Positions 36,481 to 49,729 are shown, counted from the first letter of the stretch. The stretch is 64,000 nucleotides of DNA from Asterias rubens (GCF_902459465.1 NC_047062.1:4836001-4900000); one strand, 5' to 3'. The notes: generated from the sequence alone by a model not told the origin. Numbers and translations are program-made.

Positions 36481-36774
36481 TTAACCAGATTTGAAGAGCA
36501 GAAATGCATATTGGCGGATGTAAAAATAGATGAAGTTCTTGGTTTCATGCGTGACGTAGCTTCCGAAACTCTTGCCTACGATGCAGTGCCAAGTCGGGCT
36601 GTGATCTTTATCAAACTCTTTCTTGATGTAGGCTGCGATGTCCTTCTCGACGTTAAACTTTTCAAGAGCACGATCCGCAAGTTCGGTGGCGTGATCTTGT
36701 AGCTCTTGGTCCATGTCCACATTTTTTATGACAGCGGGTTGTTTATCATCGCTGATTCCCCTGGAGCGGTTCAT
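36481..36774 (-). CDS. DYNLL: Dynein light chain LC8 paralogue 1, 97 aa
   Basis: Intronless [24 protein letters not shown]...[36 protein letters not shown]; acceptor AG at 36789-36788 just upstream of the ATG. Confidence 0.93.
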   Translation of the reverse strand: MNRSRGISDDKQPAVIKNVDMDQELQDHATELADRALEKFNVEKDIAAYIKKEFDKDHSPTWHCIVGKSFGSYVTHETKNFIYFYIRQYAFLLFKSG

Positions 36775-37187
36775 CTTGATTGAAGATCTATCGAGAAATA
36801 AATAACAAGTAAACAAATAAAAGTAATTTGATAAAAGTAACATATATTTGAACGTATTTTCAATCTTCATCGTAGCTGTAGGTTACTCATCAAAACTAAT
36901 TAACATCTTGAATTATTTTATTTCTATAAAATCCGTATATCGAACAGTGCAGCAGGAAGAATAATACCCAGGGTTACGCGGTTGGGCTTCTCGCATTCAA
37001 ATTTGTGGGCATAAAATCTGTTATCCTTTTACATAACCATGCATTACTTCGAAGTGAAATGTTTCTTTAAATGCCTTATACTATATCAAAAGCTGCTGTA
37101 ACCTTCCCCTTCCAGCCAAAGGTTTCTATTGCAATAGGAGTCATTACCAAACGTATACCTTTCCTTTAATTGTAATTTTTTGACAAG

Positions 37188-37925
37188 TTAAAGTCACCTG
37201 GAAGTGGTATTTTTTCAAAATAAAGCTTTTGTCACTAATATATGTGTTTTGATGAGTGGAATGCGAATAAACAGTTAACTAAGGTTTTACAAAATCAGTT
37301 CTTATATTATTCAAAACCCATTTGGAATGAAAACTTATTTGTGTGCTTAACTATATTCTTTGCATTCTGGCTTCGGCATCTCTCCTGCGCCAGGAGTGTC
37401 TTTTAGACAGACATGGCGCATTATAAATTGCCACTATTATTATTATTATTTATTATTATTTACAAATTTAAGAGTAGACCCCGACCCGAGAGGGCGCTGT
37501 TCGTGACGTCAATCGAGGCAGACTTTGCCTGTAATGCGTAGAGTAAACACAATTGCAAAGTACATGTACGGACCAAGTCGTGAGTTTGTAAGTTTCGAAT
37601 TTTTTTTCGTTTTTTTTTGTTTTTTTCCGGCAATGCCGACCAGGTGTATTGCTGCTGAATGCAGAAAAACACTTTTTGAAATGTACCAACTCACGACTTG
37701 GACGTACATGTACTTTGCACGTGTGTTTACTATACGCATTGCAGGCAAAGTCTGCCTCGATTGACGTCACAAAAGGGGTAGGCGGAGTCAGCCCCCAAAC
37801 AACTTTATATATTTTTTTAACATATAAATCGTAACAAACAATTACTAAAAAAATTGTTTTAATGTTCGTAAGCATATACTCTTATGTTTGAAAGAAAAAA
37901 AAATTCTATTTCCAGGTGACTTTAA
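37188..37925. mobile_element. TTAA-flanked MITE family 2 with a large internal imperfect hairpin
   Basis: TIR TTAAAGTCACCTGGAA / TTCCAGGTGACTTTAA; inverted arms at about 37504-37590 and 37683-37769. Confidence 0.8.
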
Positions 37926-38280
37926 AGACCGTGGACACGATTGGTATTTGTCACAGTTGGTGTATCTCAACATATGCATACAATAACAAACCTGTGAAAA
38001 TTTGAGCTCAATCGGTCATCGAACTTGCGAGATAATAATGAAAGAAAATACACCCTTGTCACACGAAGTTGTGTGCGTTTTTATGGTTGATTTCGAGACC
38101 TCAAGTTCTAAATTTGAGGTCTCGAAATCAAATTCGTGGAAATATACTTCTTTCTCGAAAACTATGGCACTTCAGAGGTAGCCGTTTCTCACAATGTTTT
38201 ACACCATCTACCTCTCCCCATTTCTCGTTACTAAGTAAGGTTTTATACTAATAATTATTTTGATTAATTACCAATAGTGC
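37922..38280 (+). mobile_element. TTAA MITE family 1
   Basis: Family consensus match; shares its TTAA with the preceding element. Confidence 0.82.
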
Positions 38281-39278
38281 GAGCAGTTAAATCGAAAACA
38301 AACACTGGAACACCTTAGCATGGATATGGCTAATAGAATTGTGTTTTTGTCCTTATAATCTGTTGTTGTTCTATGACATAACATAACAAGTTCACAAAGT
38401 TGACTGTCCTACTCACCGGGTTGGTTGTATGTGACAGGACCAGAAAATGAACACTCGACTGGTGGTAGTATTATCTCCCTCTTTATCTGACGGAGGAAGA
38501 GGAGGTATACGGACCGTGACTGACTTCTGTGAAGACCTGTGGAGTTTGTGTCGAACTTCAGAAACGCTGACTGGGCCTAAAATCTCTTCAAACCTTTTAT
38601 AAACATAACATGAAATTCCACGAGAAACAGTCACATCTCTTTTGGGTCCAAGTTCCCACGGTGTTTCCGTGGCTACACTCGGCACCCTCTCTCCGGTAAC
38701 TTGCTCGCTTTCAATCAGACTGATTTCTTTAACACCTCTTGTCGCTATGTAGAGAACAATATCTGGTCCCTGAAAACATTCCGAGTGTTGCCCTTGGAGC
38801 TGCTGGGAATATTGTTTAAGTCATCGGCTGAGTTTACCATGACAATGACCATGTTTGCTGTGTGGTTGAGTAAGCATAAGTCTCAAGGTTGTTGCTCAAA
38901 CTGCCGAGGATTGTATAAGGGGGGGGAGTGTGACTTAGCCATGACAGTTGCTGCCCCCAGTAGAGAAGGCAACTTTTACTAAACGAAAATCTTTCCCTTT
39001 TTGTCTTATTTGTCATCAGCATCATTATCTTTTTTTCAACAGTTCTTTTTGTGCCGTGATAGTGTTTATAGTTCATTGGTGTGTTACCCCTTTTCGGGTT
39101 TCAATCGCTTTCAGAATTTATCTTTTAAGTTTAATTAACAATTTTTTGTCGTTTAAAAAAATACCGTCAATATTCTGGCCCAGGGTTTTACTTTTAGTCA
39201 ACCCAAAAAACAAAACCTAACTAACATTGACATCGGAAGGGCTGACAGTAATCTATCTATAAAATGATGAATTTTATC

Positions 39279-39661
39279 TTAAAGACACAGGACACTATTG
39301 GTAATTGTCAAAGACTCGTCTTAACATTTGGTGTATCTCAACATATGCATACAATAAAAAAACCTGTGAACATTTTAGCCCAATCGGTCGTCGAAGTTGC
39401 AAGATATTAATGTGAAAGAAAAAAACACCCTTGTCGCACCATGGTCACACGAAGTTGGGTGCTTTCATGCTTGATTTCAAGACCTCAAATTCTAAATCTG
39501 AGGTCTCGAAAACAAATTCGTGGAAAATTACTTCTTTCTCGAAAACTACGTTACTTCAGAGGGAGCCGTTTCTCACAATGTTTTATACTACCAACCTCTC
39601 CCCATTACTCGTTACCAAGAAAGGTTTTATGCTCATAATTATTTCGAGTAACTACCAATAT
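39279..39661 (+). mobile_element. TTAA MITE family 1
   Basis: Family consensus match, right end degraded. Confidence 0.82.
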
Positions 39662-40013
39662 TGTACTACATTTAAATCATTATGTTGTAAATTAAAATCA
39701 ATTGCCGTGTGATCCTCAAAGTATATATACCTGTGGTGTTTGAAACCGTTCGATTATTTCAATCTACAATAAAACTAACCCGTGATTTGTTTTTCAAATG
39801 GTGGTCGCATTGTGAGATATTGCCGAATTATTCGTACTAGGAACACACAATCTACGAGCCGTTACTGACGATAACGCTTCTCAGATTCAAATTTGGTGTC
39901 ATAAAAACTGATTTCCTTTTAACCACCTCATGGTGAAATGTTATCGAAAGCTGACTATGTTTCTAACTAAAAGTCAAAACTATGCCATTGATTTTAAGAA
40001 GTCTATCTACCCT

Positions 40014-40367
40014 TTAAAGCCATTGGACACTTTCGGTAAACAGTATTGTCCAAGTCCCACACTTCGTGTATCACAACTTATATTAGAATAACAAACCTGT
40101 GAAAATTTAGGCTCAATCGGTCGTCGGAGTCGGGAGAAAATAACGGAAAAAAAACACCCTTGGTTTCCGCACGTTTCGCCGTGTCATGACATGTGTTTAA
40201 AATAAATCCGTAATTCTCGCTATCGAGAATTGATATTGTTTTAATGTTTTCTCAAAAAGTAAAGAATTTCATGGAATACCATTTTATGAGAAGTCTTTCA
40301 CCATTACAATTATTTGTAAATCTGTGAACTTTTTTTTTCCTGTACCGAAAGTGTCTAATGGCCTTAA
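40014..40367. mobile_element. TTAA MITE family 3 (related termini); partial inverted copy at about 53680-53885
   Basis: TIR TTAAAGCCATTGGACACTTTCGGTA / TACCGAAAGTGTCTAATGGCCTTAA. Confidence 0.75.
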
Positions 40368-41408
40368 ACCAAGATGCCTGAATGTACCATTTGGAAGACG
40401 TGTTCATATTCAGCTTAAGATGGGAGCGAAAATCTGATTGGAAAATCCCACGTTTAGGTGGGAGAAACTTAAGAAGAAAGCAAAAACCATGAAAGGTTTT
40501 CACCCAAAGGGAGATGAAAGATATGGGCAAGTATTCCTTAAAAAAGAAAATCAAATTTTCAAACTTCTACAACAGGCCCTATAATACCACTGTAAATCGA
40601 CGAAAACTGAAATGTTGTCACTACTCACTGCTCACTAAAGGCAGATTGTCTCGCAAATGATTCGATGGACCAAATGGAAGCATTATAAGCAAACAATAAC
40701 TGAAAATACCCACCTGATGCCCGTCACTGTTTTCACGAAAAAAGGGACCGTCCAAATACTGCAACTTTCACAAGTTGTGATCTGTTTCTAGTAAAGGCTA
40801 TATACGATAAGAATTAATGTAGGCCTACTCTTAGATGTTTCTTTATGAATATATATAGAACGTTGGAAGTCACTTGGTAGCCTTTGGGCTTCTTGGATTA
40901 ATTTCAAAAGAAATCATTCTTTGTTATAATTATGCGGACAGCATGCAGGATAAAGATGTTAGGATGAAAAGTAAACAAAACATTAAAATAAAGTACGAAA
41001 TTACTTTGTTGAACCAGCCAGACTGTTGGGGGTGGGGGGGGGGGGGCGCTGTGCCAGACTTTTTTTAAGACGAGAGTGCACCCCAATTCAGTATCGTTTT
41101 AACTTAATAAGTGACATGAGCTTAACAATCAGTTTGTATGGCAGTTGTCCATAGCACCCCTGCATAAATGCGCTCATTTTTTTATTTAGGAAAAGTTGCC
41201 CTATCATATAAAAAACCCCAAAAACTAGCGATCAAAAAAGGTCCAATTGTTAAGAGCATACGGTTTGCACACAGTAGAAAGCACTAACTAAAAATTATCA
41301 GGCACCGGCCAACAAAGCTGTATCTCAAAAAATACCGGCACTCCCAATAATCAAACGTATATCGTATACGTATTTTAAGGGGAAACGGTAATTGTTAATT
41401 TATACAAA

Positions 41409-41957
41409 TTAAAGACACTGGACACTATTGGTAATTGTCAAAGACTAGTCTTCACAGTTGATGTATATCAACATATGCATAAAATAACAAACCTGTGAAA
41501 ATTTGAGCTCAATCGGTCGTCGAAGTTGCAAGATATTAATGGGGGAAAAAACACTTGTCGCACCATGATCACACGAAGTTGTGGGCTTTCAGATGCTTGA
41601 ATTCGAGACCTCAAATTCTAAATATGAGGTCTCGAAACCAAATTCGTGGGAAATTAATTCTTTCTCGAAAACCTCGTCACTTCAGAGGGAGCTGTTTCTC
41701 ACAATGTTTTATATTGGGTGCGTTCGTTTAGCTTCCCTGGGTCGACCCCGGTGTGTGGCGGTTTTTTTTTTCCCAGGACGAACGTGTGCAGATAATTACC
41801 CACGTTCGTCCTGGAAGAAAAAACACCACACACCGGGGTCGACCCAGGGAAGCTAAACGAACGCACCCACTATCAACCTCTCCCCATTACTCGTAATCTA
41901 GAAAGGTTTTATGATAACAATTATTTTGAGTAATTACCAATAGTGCCAACTGCCTAA
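41409..41957 (+). mobile_element. TTAA MITE family 1 carrying a nested 153-bp Harbinger-like hairpin (41716-41868)
   Basis: Nested element has about 43-bp perfect TIRs beginning GGGTGCGTTCG and a 3-bp ATT/ACT flank where the host consensus has ACT. Confidence 0.82.
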
Positions 41958-42462
41958 CCATTTTCCCCCTGCTTACATTTTTCTACTTTTTGGATATGTT
42001 GTTTTAGAGGGTTTCAGGAGACACTTACAAAAACTTCATTTCTGTTGCAATTTTGTCTAGGTAAAGCCATATTGTGGCTTAGATTGACTAGGCTACATCA
42101 GGCACTTGTCTCTTAAAACTTGTCCATACGTTCCAAATTGTTTTCTTTTAACATCGTATTCAATGGACGTTGGTCGTCATGACCTCATCTTGGATGGTGG
42201 GTGTGGCAGGGCGGGGCAAGGTGGGGGCGGGGCGGGTAGTCTTGGTTAGCAACACTTTGCGAAAGAAGACGCAACATCGACTTGCTTGGAGGGACTGGGC
42301 AAGTCTACCAATCTATGCCGAATTTTTATTTACAGGGGGGGGGGGGGGGGGGGGTGGGGAGGTGAAGGGGGATATGGTAGAGAAGTTGGGCGGGAGGGGA
42401 GTGTGGTCCATTTTGTGCGCTTTTTGTTGGGGGCGGGACTTTCATTTTTTGTCTTTCTTTTT

Positions 42463-42494
<32 letters not shown>

Positions 42495-43079
42495 TTTCTT
42501 TTTTTTTTGGGGGGGGCGCCCGCCCCTCCCCATCCCAGGTGAGCCTGAATGGAGGGTGTTGGGGGGGGGGGGGGGTGGTGGAGGGAGGTGGGGGGGGGGG
42601 CGGTTAAGAACATATTCTTGCCAAGAAGCATTTATCTCATCCAGATCCTATACTCTAAAAAAACACAGTACAGACAATTATTCAAGGATTCAAGAATAAA
42701 CGCATTTTCAATCATATTATTATAAACATAACAGGAATAGTGACAACTTTACATAAAAGTATTTATTTCAAAGCACCAAACTTTTAGTAGCGAGTCATCG
42801 ACAAGGGTTAATTGTGGTGTGTGTGTGGTACACGATAGCATGTTACAAAGAATAAAGGTGATAACAAATGCAATGTTTCAAATCTTGTTTTGGTTAACAC
42901 TTTCAAACTTTTGGATACATCCTTTATCAGGACTAAATAAATACTGGGTTTCGCCAGATGCAAAACAATGCCAACATTGTAGGGGGTGGGGGCCACAAGG
43001 TGGACACCATTAGTTTCTAGGGGCCGCTTATTTTCTATAATGGATATTAACACGGTTACTTTTTTAACCTGTCATTATT

Positions 43080-43585
43080 TTTTAACGCGGCGCCATTTTT
43101 AGTGGAAACTTTATTTTTGGTAGGCCACTAGTTCTTTTTGGTGGCGCCTTCAGTGGAACGCGACCACTTTTTTTTAAGCGATACCTCTTCTTTTAGCGGC
43201 GACTTTTTTTTTGGCGGCAACTTTCGTTTTGGTGGCGACTGTCTTTTCGGTCGGCGTTTTTTTTTTTTACGTGTCACCTTCCGGGTTATGTTTGTGTGTA
43301 TGGGGATGGGAAAGGGTGGGGGAGGGGGAAGGGAAGGGGGAGGGGATGGGAATTCTCCCACACAAACACAACCAAAAAAGGCGACGCGTTAAAAAAAGGC
43401 GCCGCCAAAAATAAGAGCCGCTGCCAAAAAAAAAAGTTGCTGCCAAAAAAAAAGTCACTGCCAAAAAAAGAGGCATCGCTTAAAAGTTTCCGCGTAAAAA
43501 AAGGTGCCTCCAAATAAAAAATAGTCGCCGCCACCAACAAACTCCCGCGAAAAAAGTCGCCGCGTGAAAAAAAGAAAATCGACGC
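43080..43585. repeat. Fold-back-like element built from inverted (GGCGAC-Tn)/(An-GTCGCC) units
   Basis: T-tract units at about 43130-43270 are mirrored by A-tract units at about 43375-43580. Confidence 0.65.
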
Positions 43586-44225
43586 AAAAACATGGCAGTG
43601 TTACTGGTCAATGCCATAATTATGGTCAAATAAAAATGCAACTGTCCGTTTGCACCTTTCCTTTAATCATGACCGGGCTGTTCAGGCTCTTGTGGTGCTG
43701 TTCACTAATTGTTATACTAGATAATATTACGTGGTAAAAGCAGATTATATTATCTGCGTGGAAATAGACAATATTTTTAATACAATAAAATTACTACATG
43801 AACGCTATACATTCTGGTAATAACATAAAAACTTCAGAATTCAAGAGAGGCAGAGTTCGATTGGGGGGGGGGGGTGGGGGTGGAATGCCTCACCCCCCGT
43901 GTCCCGTACCTTGGCTAGATTTTGCATTGACAGACAATACACAGAGATAGAATGAATGTACATTTGCTGGTCTGGTCCCTATAGCAAATCGTAGATTGTC
44001 GATTGGGGTATGTAGAAAAAGCCTCAATTTCTTTCACTTAAATATTGAGATACTTTAGGCTTGCTAAAGTTTATATTAACCTGTCCATTTTTGTACCGTT
44101 CACATTAAAAGATCGTTGACTTGGTGAAATACAGTTTTAACACCATCTGATGAGTTACAAAAACAACATCGGCCTTTAAGCCTGCTATTAGTCTATCAGC
44201 TCTCGGGAAGACTGCCCTCTGTCGT

Positions 44226-44501
44226 CTATCCTGATTTATACAGCAAGACTGCAAGTTGTCCCAAATAGAAATAGATGAAACTTTTGGTCTCGTGGGTGAC
44301 GTAGCTGCCAAAGTTTTTCCCCACAATGCAGTGCCACGATGGCGAGTAGGTTTTGTCGAATTCCTTCTTCAGGTACGCAGCGATGTCTTTTTCAACGGAG
44401 AATTTTTCTAAGGCTTTGTTGGCCTGGCTGATGGAGTAGTCCTGCATGTCCTCGTCCATGTCGGTGTTCTTGATCACCGCCTTGGGATCCGTTTGACTCA
44501 T
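44226..44501 (-). CDS. DYNLL: Dynein light chain LC8 paralogue 2, 91 aa
   Basis: Intronless [18 protein letters not shown]...[36 protein letters not shown]; acceptor tttgtag at 44514-44513. Confidence 0.94.
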   Translation of the reverse strand: MSQTDPKAVIKNTDMDEDMQDYSISQANKALEKFSVEKDIAAYLKKEFDKTYSPSWHCIVGKNFGSYVTHETKSFIYFYLGQLAVLLYKSG

Positions 44502-45069
44502 CTTGACCTGACCTACAAAATAAAATAAGACGTTCATTTATATTATTTCAACTTCTCTCCAAATATATAGGCAAATGTAACCTTTGATTTTTTGCAAAAA
44601 AAAATAGTCAATGGCCTGACGCTTGCCTGACGTTCAGTTGTTCAAATCCTATTTGGATGTAGTTAATAAACAATTACATTTCAAGTGATAAACCACAAGG
44701 GAAACTGACTGGGTACGTTTTTAAATAGTTTGGCTTCGAACGAAAGATAAATGGACTGAAGCGGGACTCGAACCGACAACACACAACAAACTAAATTGTG
44801 AAATATTGTTATATTTCAAAATGTGGTAACGTTTTTGAGATAATGTTGCAGACGATTTATCCACGAAGGAGGAACAATCCATCATTAGAACACACAATCT
44901 ATGATCATTAATTCATGCACAGAAACGTTTCTCAGATTGAAATGTTTTTTAATCATTCTCTAAAACCGCATTTCTAAAAATGTTATACAATATCAACAAC
45001 AACAGTGCTTCCTATCCAAGTGAGTGTCTATGGTCATTAATTAAAGGAGTTACCAAAAGGTACACTGCC

Positions 45070-45614
45070 TTAAAGGCAGTGGACACTTTTGGTATTTACT
45101 CGAAATAGTTATTAGCGTAAAACCTCACTTGGTAACGAGTGATGGGGAGGGGTTGATAGTATAAAACATTGTGAGAAACGGCTCCCTCTTAAGTAGTTAT
45201 ACTCTTTCAATCCTCCACAACTGAGTTTAGTTCATTAAAGGCAGGGGGCACTATTGGTAATTACTCAAAATAATTGATAGCATAAAAACTTTGGTAACAA
45301 GCAACGGAAAACTGTTGAAACAGCTCCCTCTGAAGTAACGTAGTTTTCGTGAAAGAAGTAATTTTCCACTAACATAATTTTTATTTGAATTGGATTTCGA
45401 GACCTCAAAATTAGACTTTGAGGTCCCGAAATCAAGCATGAAAACACACAACTTTGTGTGACAAGGTTGTTTTTTTCTTTCATTATTATCTCGCAACTTC
45501 GACAACTAATTGAGTTCAAATTTTCACAAGTTTGTCATTTTGTGCACATGTTGAGATACACCAAGTGAGATGACTGGTCTTTGACAATTTACTAAAAGTG
45601 TCCAGTGACTTTAA
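45070..45614 (-). mobile_element. One partial (45070-45190) and one full (45235-45614) TTAA MITE family 1 copy
   Basis: Family consensus match, TTAA-bounded. Confidence 0.8.
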
Positions 45615-45929
45615 GGGAAACCGAAATCCCCAAACACTTAAGAAAAGACCATACTATAGGTGACACTAAGATTTCTAGTGCTCATGAACAAAGTTTCTTC
45701 ACTTTGATTATCCTGTGTATATTTTTTACTTTATTTGTGCACAAAAAATATAAAAAGGTAAAAAGGTATAGCTTTTCGAAAGTTAGTCAACTTGGGAAAA
45801 ACAGACACTGTATTCAGCTCAAACTTTTCATGTGACCTTAAAAATATCTTGTTGATAACTTTGCCAATAAATCAGTACGTTGACAAAAAGACAATCTAAG
45901 TTCCTACCTTTGATCCCTTGGTTAGGTTA

Positions 45930-46350
45930 CCACTCTTGATCTGCACAACACCACACGATACAGCAAAATAGTCTTGTCGCTGAAGATTCGAGAAGAGAAG
46001 TTTTGGACAACCGGGAGTAAAGTTATCCCCTTAAGTACTCCGAATCGAAGGCTGCAGTGTGATCGCCATTGGTATCAGAAAACTTTTCCTCACAGCCGTG
46101 ATTGGCTTAAAAAGTTCGACTCTGTCTGGTGATTGGTTGCTGACTCAGAATTGATGCGGTAGCCATACGTCTGAAGGACGCTGGCTTCAGGACTCTCCCC
46201 AGAAAAACATCTCTCTTTCGTTCGATTTCCAGAGGTGGGCTCAGATGACTGAAGTGTCATCCTACGAAGCGACTACAATAACGCCTACATTCCAATGGGA
46301 TGGTTAGTGACTGTGATTGGTCACCATGGAGAAGAATGACTTTTGATTGG
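45930..46350 (-). promoter_or_regulatory. CCAAT-box-rich promoter and probable non-coding exon 1 of LC8 paralogue 2
   Basis: Five minus-strand CCAAT boxes (ATTGG at about 46068, 46101, 46132, 46316, 46346), in groups about 30-33 bp apart, followed by a candidate donor GAGTG|GTAACC near 45928. Confidence 0.55.
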
Positions 46351-46569
46351 CTGGGAACGTGTAAACCCTGAACCCGGTAGCTTGTTTCGTTTGCGCCAAG
46401 GCCGTAAACCCAGCTTTGTAAAAACAACTCTCTTGAGAACGGTAGTTTAAAAACAACAGTCAAGGAGGGACAAATGAATTCAGTGTTAATTTTTTTGTAT
46501 CGCTATATCGTGTTTGTTCTTTTTTTTCTCTTCGTTTTGTCAACATCATACTTTTGCCTTCCTGCGACA

Positions 46570-47560
46570 ACAGCTTTGTATTCCACACACACCGGCATCG
46601 CGTCTCTTTTGAACTTCTTGCAACGTGCATGTTTCGTCTACCTATAGGGCCCTATGCGTTATTTTTATCTTAAATGTTTCCTCTTGTAACGCCTTACTAA
46701 GAATGGCTGTTATATCCCACATCCATCACTGCGTCAAGATGCATGTTTCATTCCCCTTTAATTAGACTTTTTCAAGAAACTCCCACCCTCAGCTCAATTG
46801 AGATTATTTTCATATAAAATGTTTCTTCGTGTCGTTTTGTCAAAAAATGTCAACCACATACTCTTGGTTTGTTAAGATGTGTAGAACAAATGGCCACTCC
46901 AACAGCTTTATATTCCACATACCAGCACAGCGTCTCTTTCCAACTCCTTCGAGGTGTTCAATCCCCTATATCTATACAGTTTTTAAGAGGAATATAAATT
47001 CCCACCTTCAGTTCCTATGATTTATTTTCATCTGTAAAATGTTTCCTCGTGTAACCCCTTACCAAGAATGGCTGTTATATTCCACATCCATCACTACGTC
47101 TCTTTCAAACTCCTTCAAGGTGCTCGTTTAATGGGGATGAAACTTTCATCCCCTTTAATCTAGACAGTTTAAAGAGGAATATAAACTCCTTTAGCGCCTA
47201 TTGGTTATTTTCATCTAAAATATAGTAACCCCTTACCAAGACTGTCTGTTATATTCCACATCCAGCACTGCGTCTCTTTCGAACTCCGTCAAGGTGCATG
47301 TTTCAACCCCATATAGGATAATCTAAAGACATTTTAAAGAAACACCCACCTTCAGCTCATTATAAGTTATTTTCATCTAAAATGTTTTTGTTGAAGTTTT
47401 GTCAACCACTAACTCTTGCTTTGCTGAGATCTGTAGAACAAAGGGCCACCCTAACAACTTGATATTCCACATATCAGCACAGCGTCTCTTTTGAATTCCT
47501 TGTATTAGAGGTGCATATTTCAACCCCCTATAATCTAAAGACATTTTTAAGAGACCGACC
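46570..47560. repeat. Degenerate tandem repeat of about 135-210 bp between the divergent LC8-2 and LC8-3 genes
   Basis: Anchor ATATTCCACAT...GCGTCTCTTT recurs about 6 times. Confidence 0.8.
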
Positions 47561-49729
47561 TTTAGCTCCTCTGGGTTGTTTCCATACCACTAATGGTTGT
47601 TAACCTGGTTTGGGGCAAACCAAGCTGGGGCAAACTTGCATACAAAATAATACAAGAGGGTCACGAGCTTGAAAGTTGGTATTACAAAATAAATTAATGT
47701 AATAATTATAAACCAAGTGTCTTTCATAATACTATAATAAAGTTTAAGCTCATGCGTTTTAGAAGCATGAAGTTGAGGGCCATCTGTCCAACACAAGGAT
47801 AACTTGCTATTTTCAAACAAGCCTTTATTTGCACCCCCCCTTTATACAGTCTAGTATAAACTTATCCAATCACTGGATCTTTGCTTGAAAATAATTGGGA
47901 AGTAGTTCCAACAAAACCAATTAATCACCATGGTGTTTTTACCCCCAATCCTTTAACGATCAAATCAAATCTACGCAAATTAATTCACTTGTGCTATTGA
48001 CAGGTTTAAATAATCATAAAAAAATGTGGCCTTGATCATGAGTAGCACAAGGGGGACGGTTGGATCGACTGCGACTCACTCAAGTTCCCGGGACGTTATA
48101 GATATTTTCATGGGGGATATATTTTGGGGTTTATGACAGAGTTTGATGATTTGGGTGATTTTTTTGTGGACTGGTGGAGTGTCACTGTTCCGTGACCACA
48201 CCCTTCAACCATTGCACCGTGACTTCGTAATATATCTGCCGTCGATTTCACCAAACTCTTCCTAACTTAGGATTAATCTTAGGACTTGGGCCCGAGTTGC
48301 GTAGGACGCATTGAACCATCCTAAGTTTAGGACGGGTTATTAATTAGTTAGGATTAATCCTAGAGTTTCGTGAAATCGGCTGCTGTTATCTGACAACATT
48401 GGAAGTATGAAGCAAAATCCTGTTTTGTTTTGGAGTGATTGGGATGGTGAATTAACCGTGCGGCAGGAGTCCCCACCCCTGGGGACTCGATGCTTTTTGT
48501 AACCCAAGCCACTACCCCTACCTTCGTAACCTCTGGTACATTTTGCCCTGGTTTGTGGAACTCCCTACTTCACAAAGTTTCCCACGCCCGCGTTGGGCTC
48601 CACTGACAACAGAGCTCCACTTCATTCTTTTGTCTTTTGATGAGAGGTGTTGAAAAAGAATTCACTCCACGAAAGCGAACAAGCTACCGAAGACTGGAAC
48701 GGCACATTGCACCCAGCCAGTTTACTCTGAGAACAATGGCAACGGTATGACTGAACTACAAACAAGCTTTTGACCAATTAGATTGTGTCTGTTTTCACGG
48801 AAACTCACGTTGTACGAAGGTGATGCTTTCGACTTGATTCACGCCCCTTTATCCTTCAGCGTGGGTATTTAATGGGAGAATAGTTGAGTAGGTTGAACAC
48901 AAATATTAAAGCTTCTCAAGAAAGTCTGTCCAGATAAATCGATCTTGTTCTACATCTTCCGAGAGACCAAGGGGAACGAGAGGAGCGTCAAACAGCCGAG
49001 TGAGGGATATTACAGAATACAGGTAGGCATACCCCTATTGTGAATAATTTTATAACCTATATTTCCTACAAACTAACTTTAATTTTAAATCAATCAAAAC
49101 GACAAGTTGTTAATAAGGTATAGTTTGCTCTGTTAATGTAGTGAACAATTCACTCTCTTATCCGAGTGGTGTCGGTCTCACTCTTTTGAGAGTGAGAGTC
49201 ATTCTGTGTCACTCTGTTGTAAAATTGAAACAAACTTCCCTCCAAATCGAGTTGAAAGTACCCGTCTTACACTCTAAAAAGGGTTAGATGAATGCGATTT
49301 AGAGACGAACACTGTAGTGTAATTAGCAACAAAAGTTTGCAATTGGCACATTAAGTCATTCAGTGTAGCCGCTTTGAAACTTAAAAGCTACCCCTTTTCC
49401 AAATGCAATGATCCTACATTGAATAGTTTATTTAAGGCATGGTTTAATTTATAAACCGATTGCACACCAAAGATTTGTTGATAAAACCTTAAATTAACTT
49501 TGATTCATCCATCACCGAGACAATAGAAGTGTTAATTAAATGATTAGTTGATTATTTAATTAATTTTGTTGTAATAGTATAGGGCATTCTTACCAATCAA
49601 AACCTCGGAACACTTTCATCAAAGTACCGCGGGAGCCCTTTGTAAAACGTTTTAGCGAAACATTTTATGAAACGATATCTTTGATTTATAGAGAATTTGT
49701 TTGATTTAAAACAATGTACTTTAAGATAG

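Noticed and set aside
42170-43540. Long Gly/Phe/Lys/Pro-rich ORFs on both strands
   Set aside because: They derive from homopolymer tracts and a fold-back repeat; no splice or domain support, and the sequence may be error-prone.
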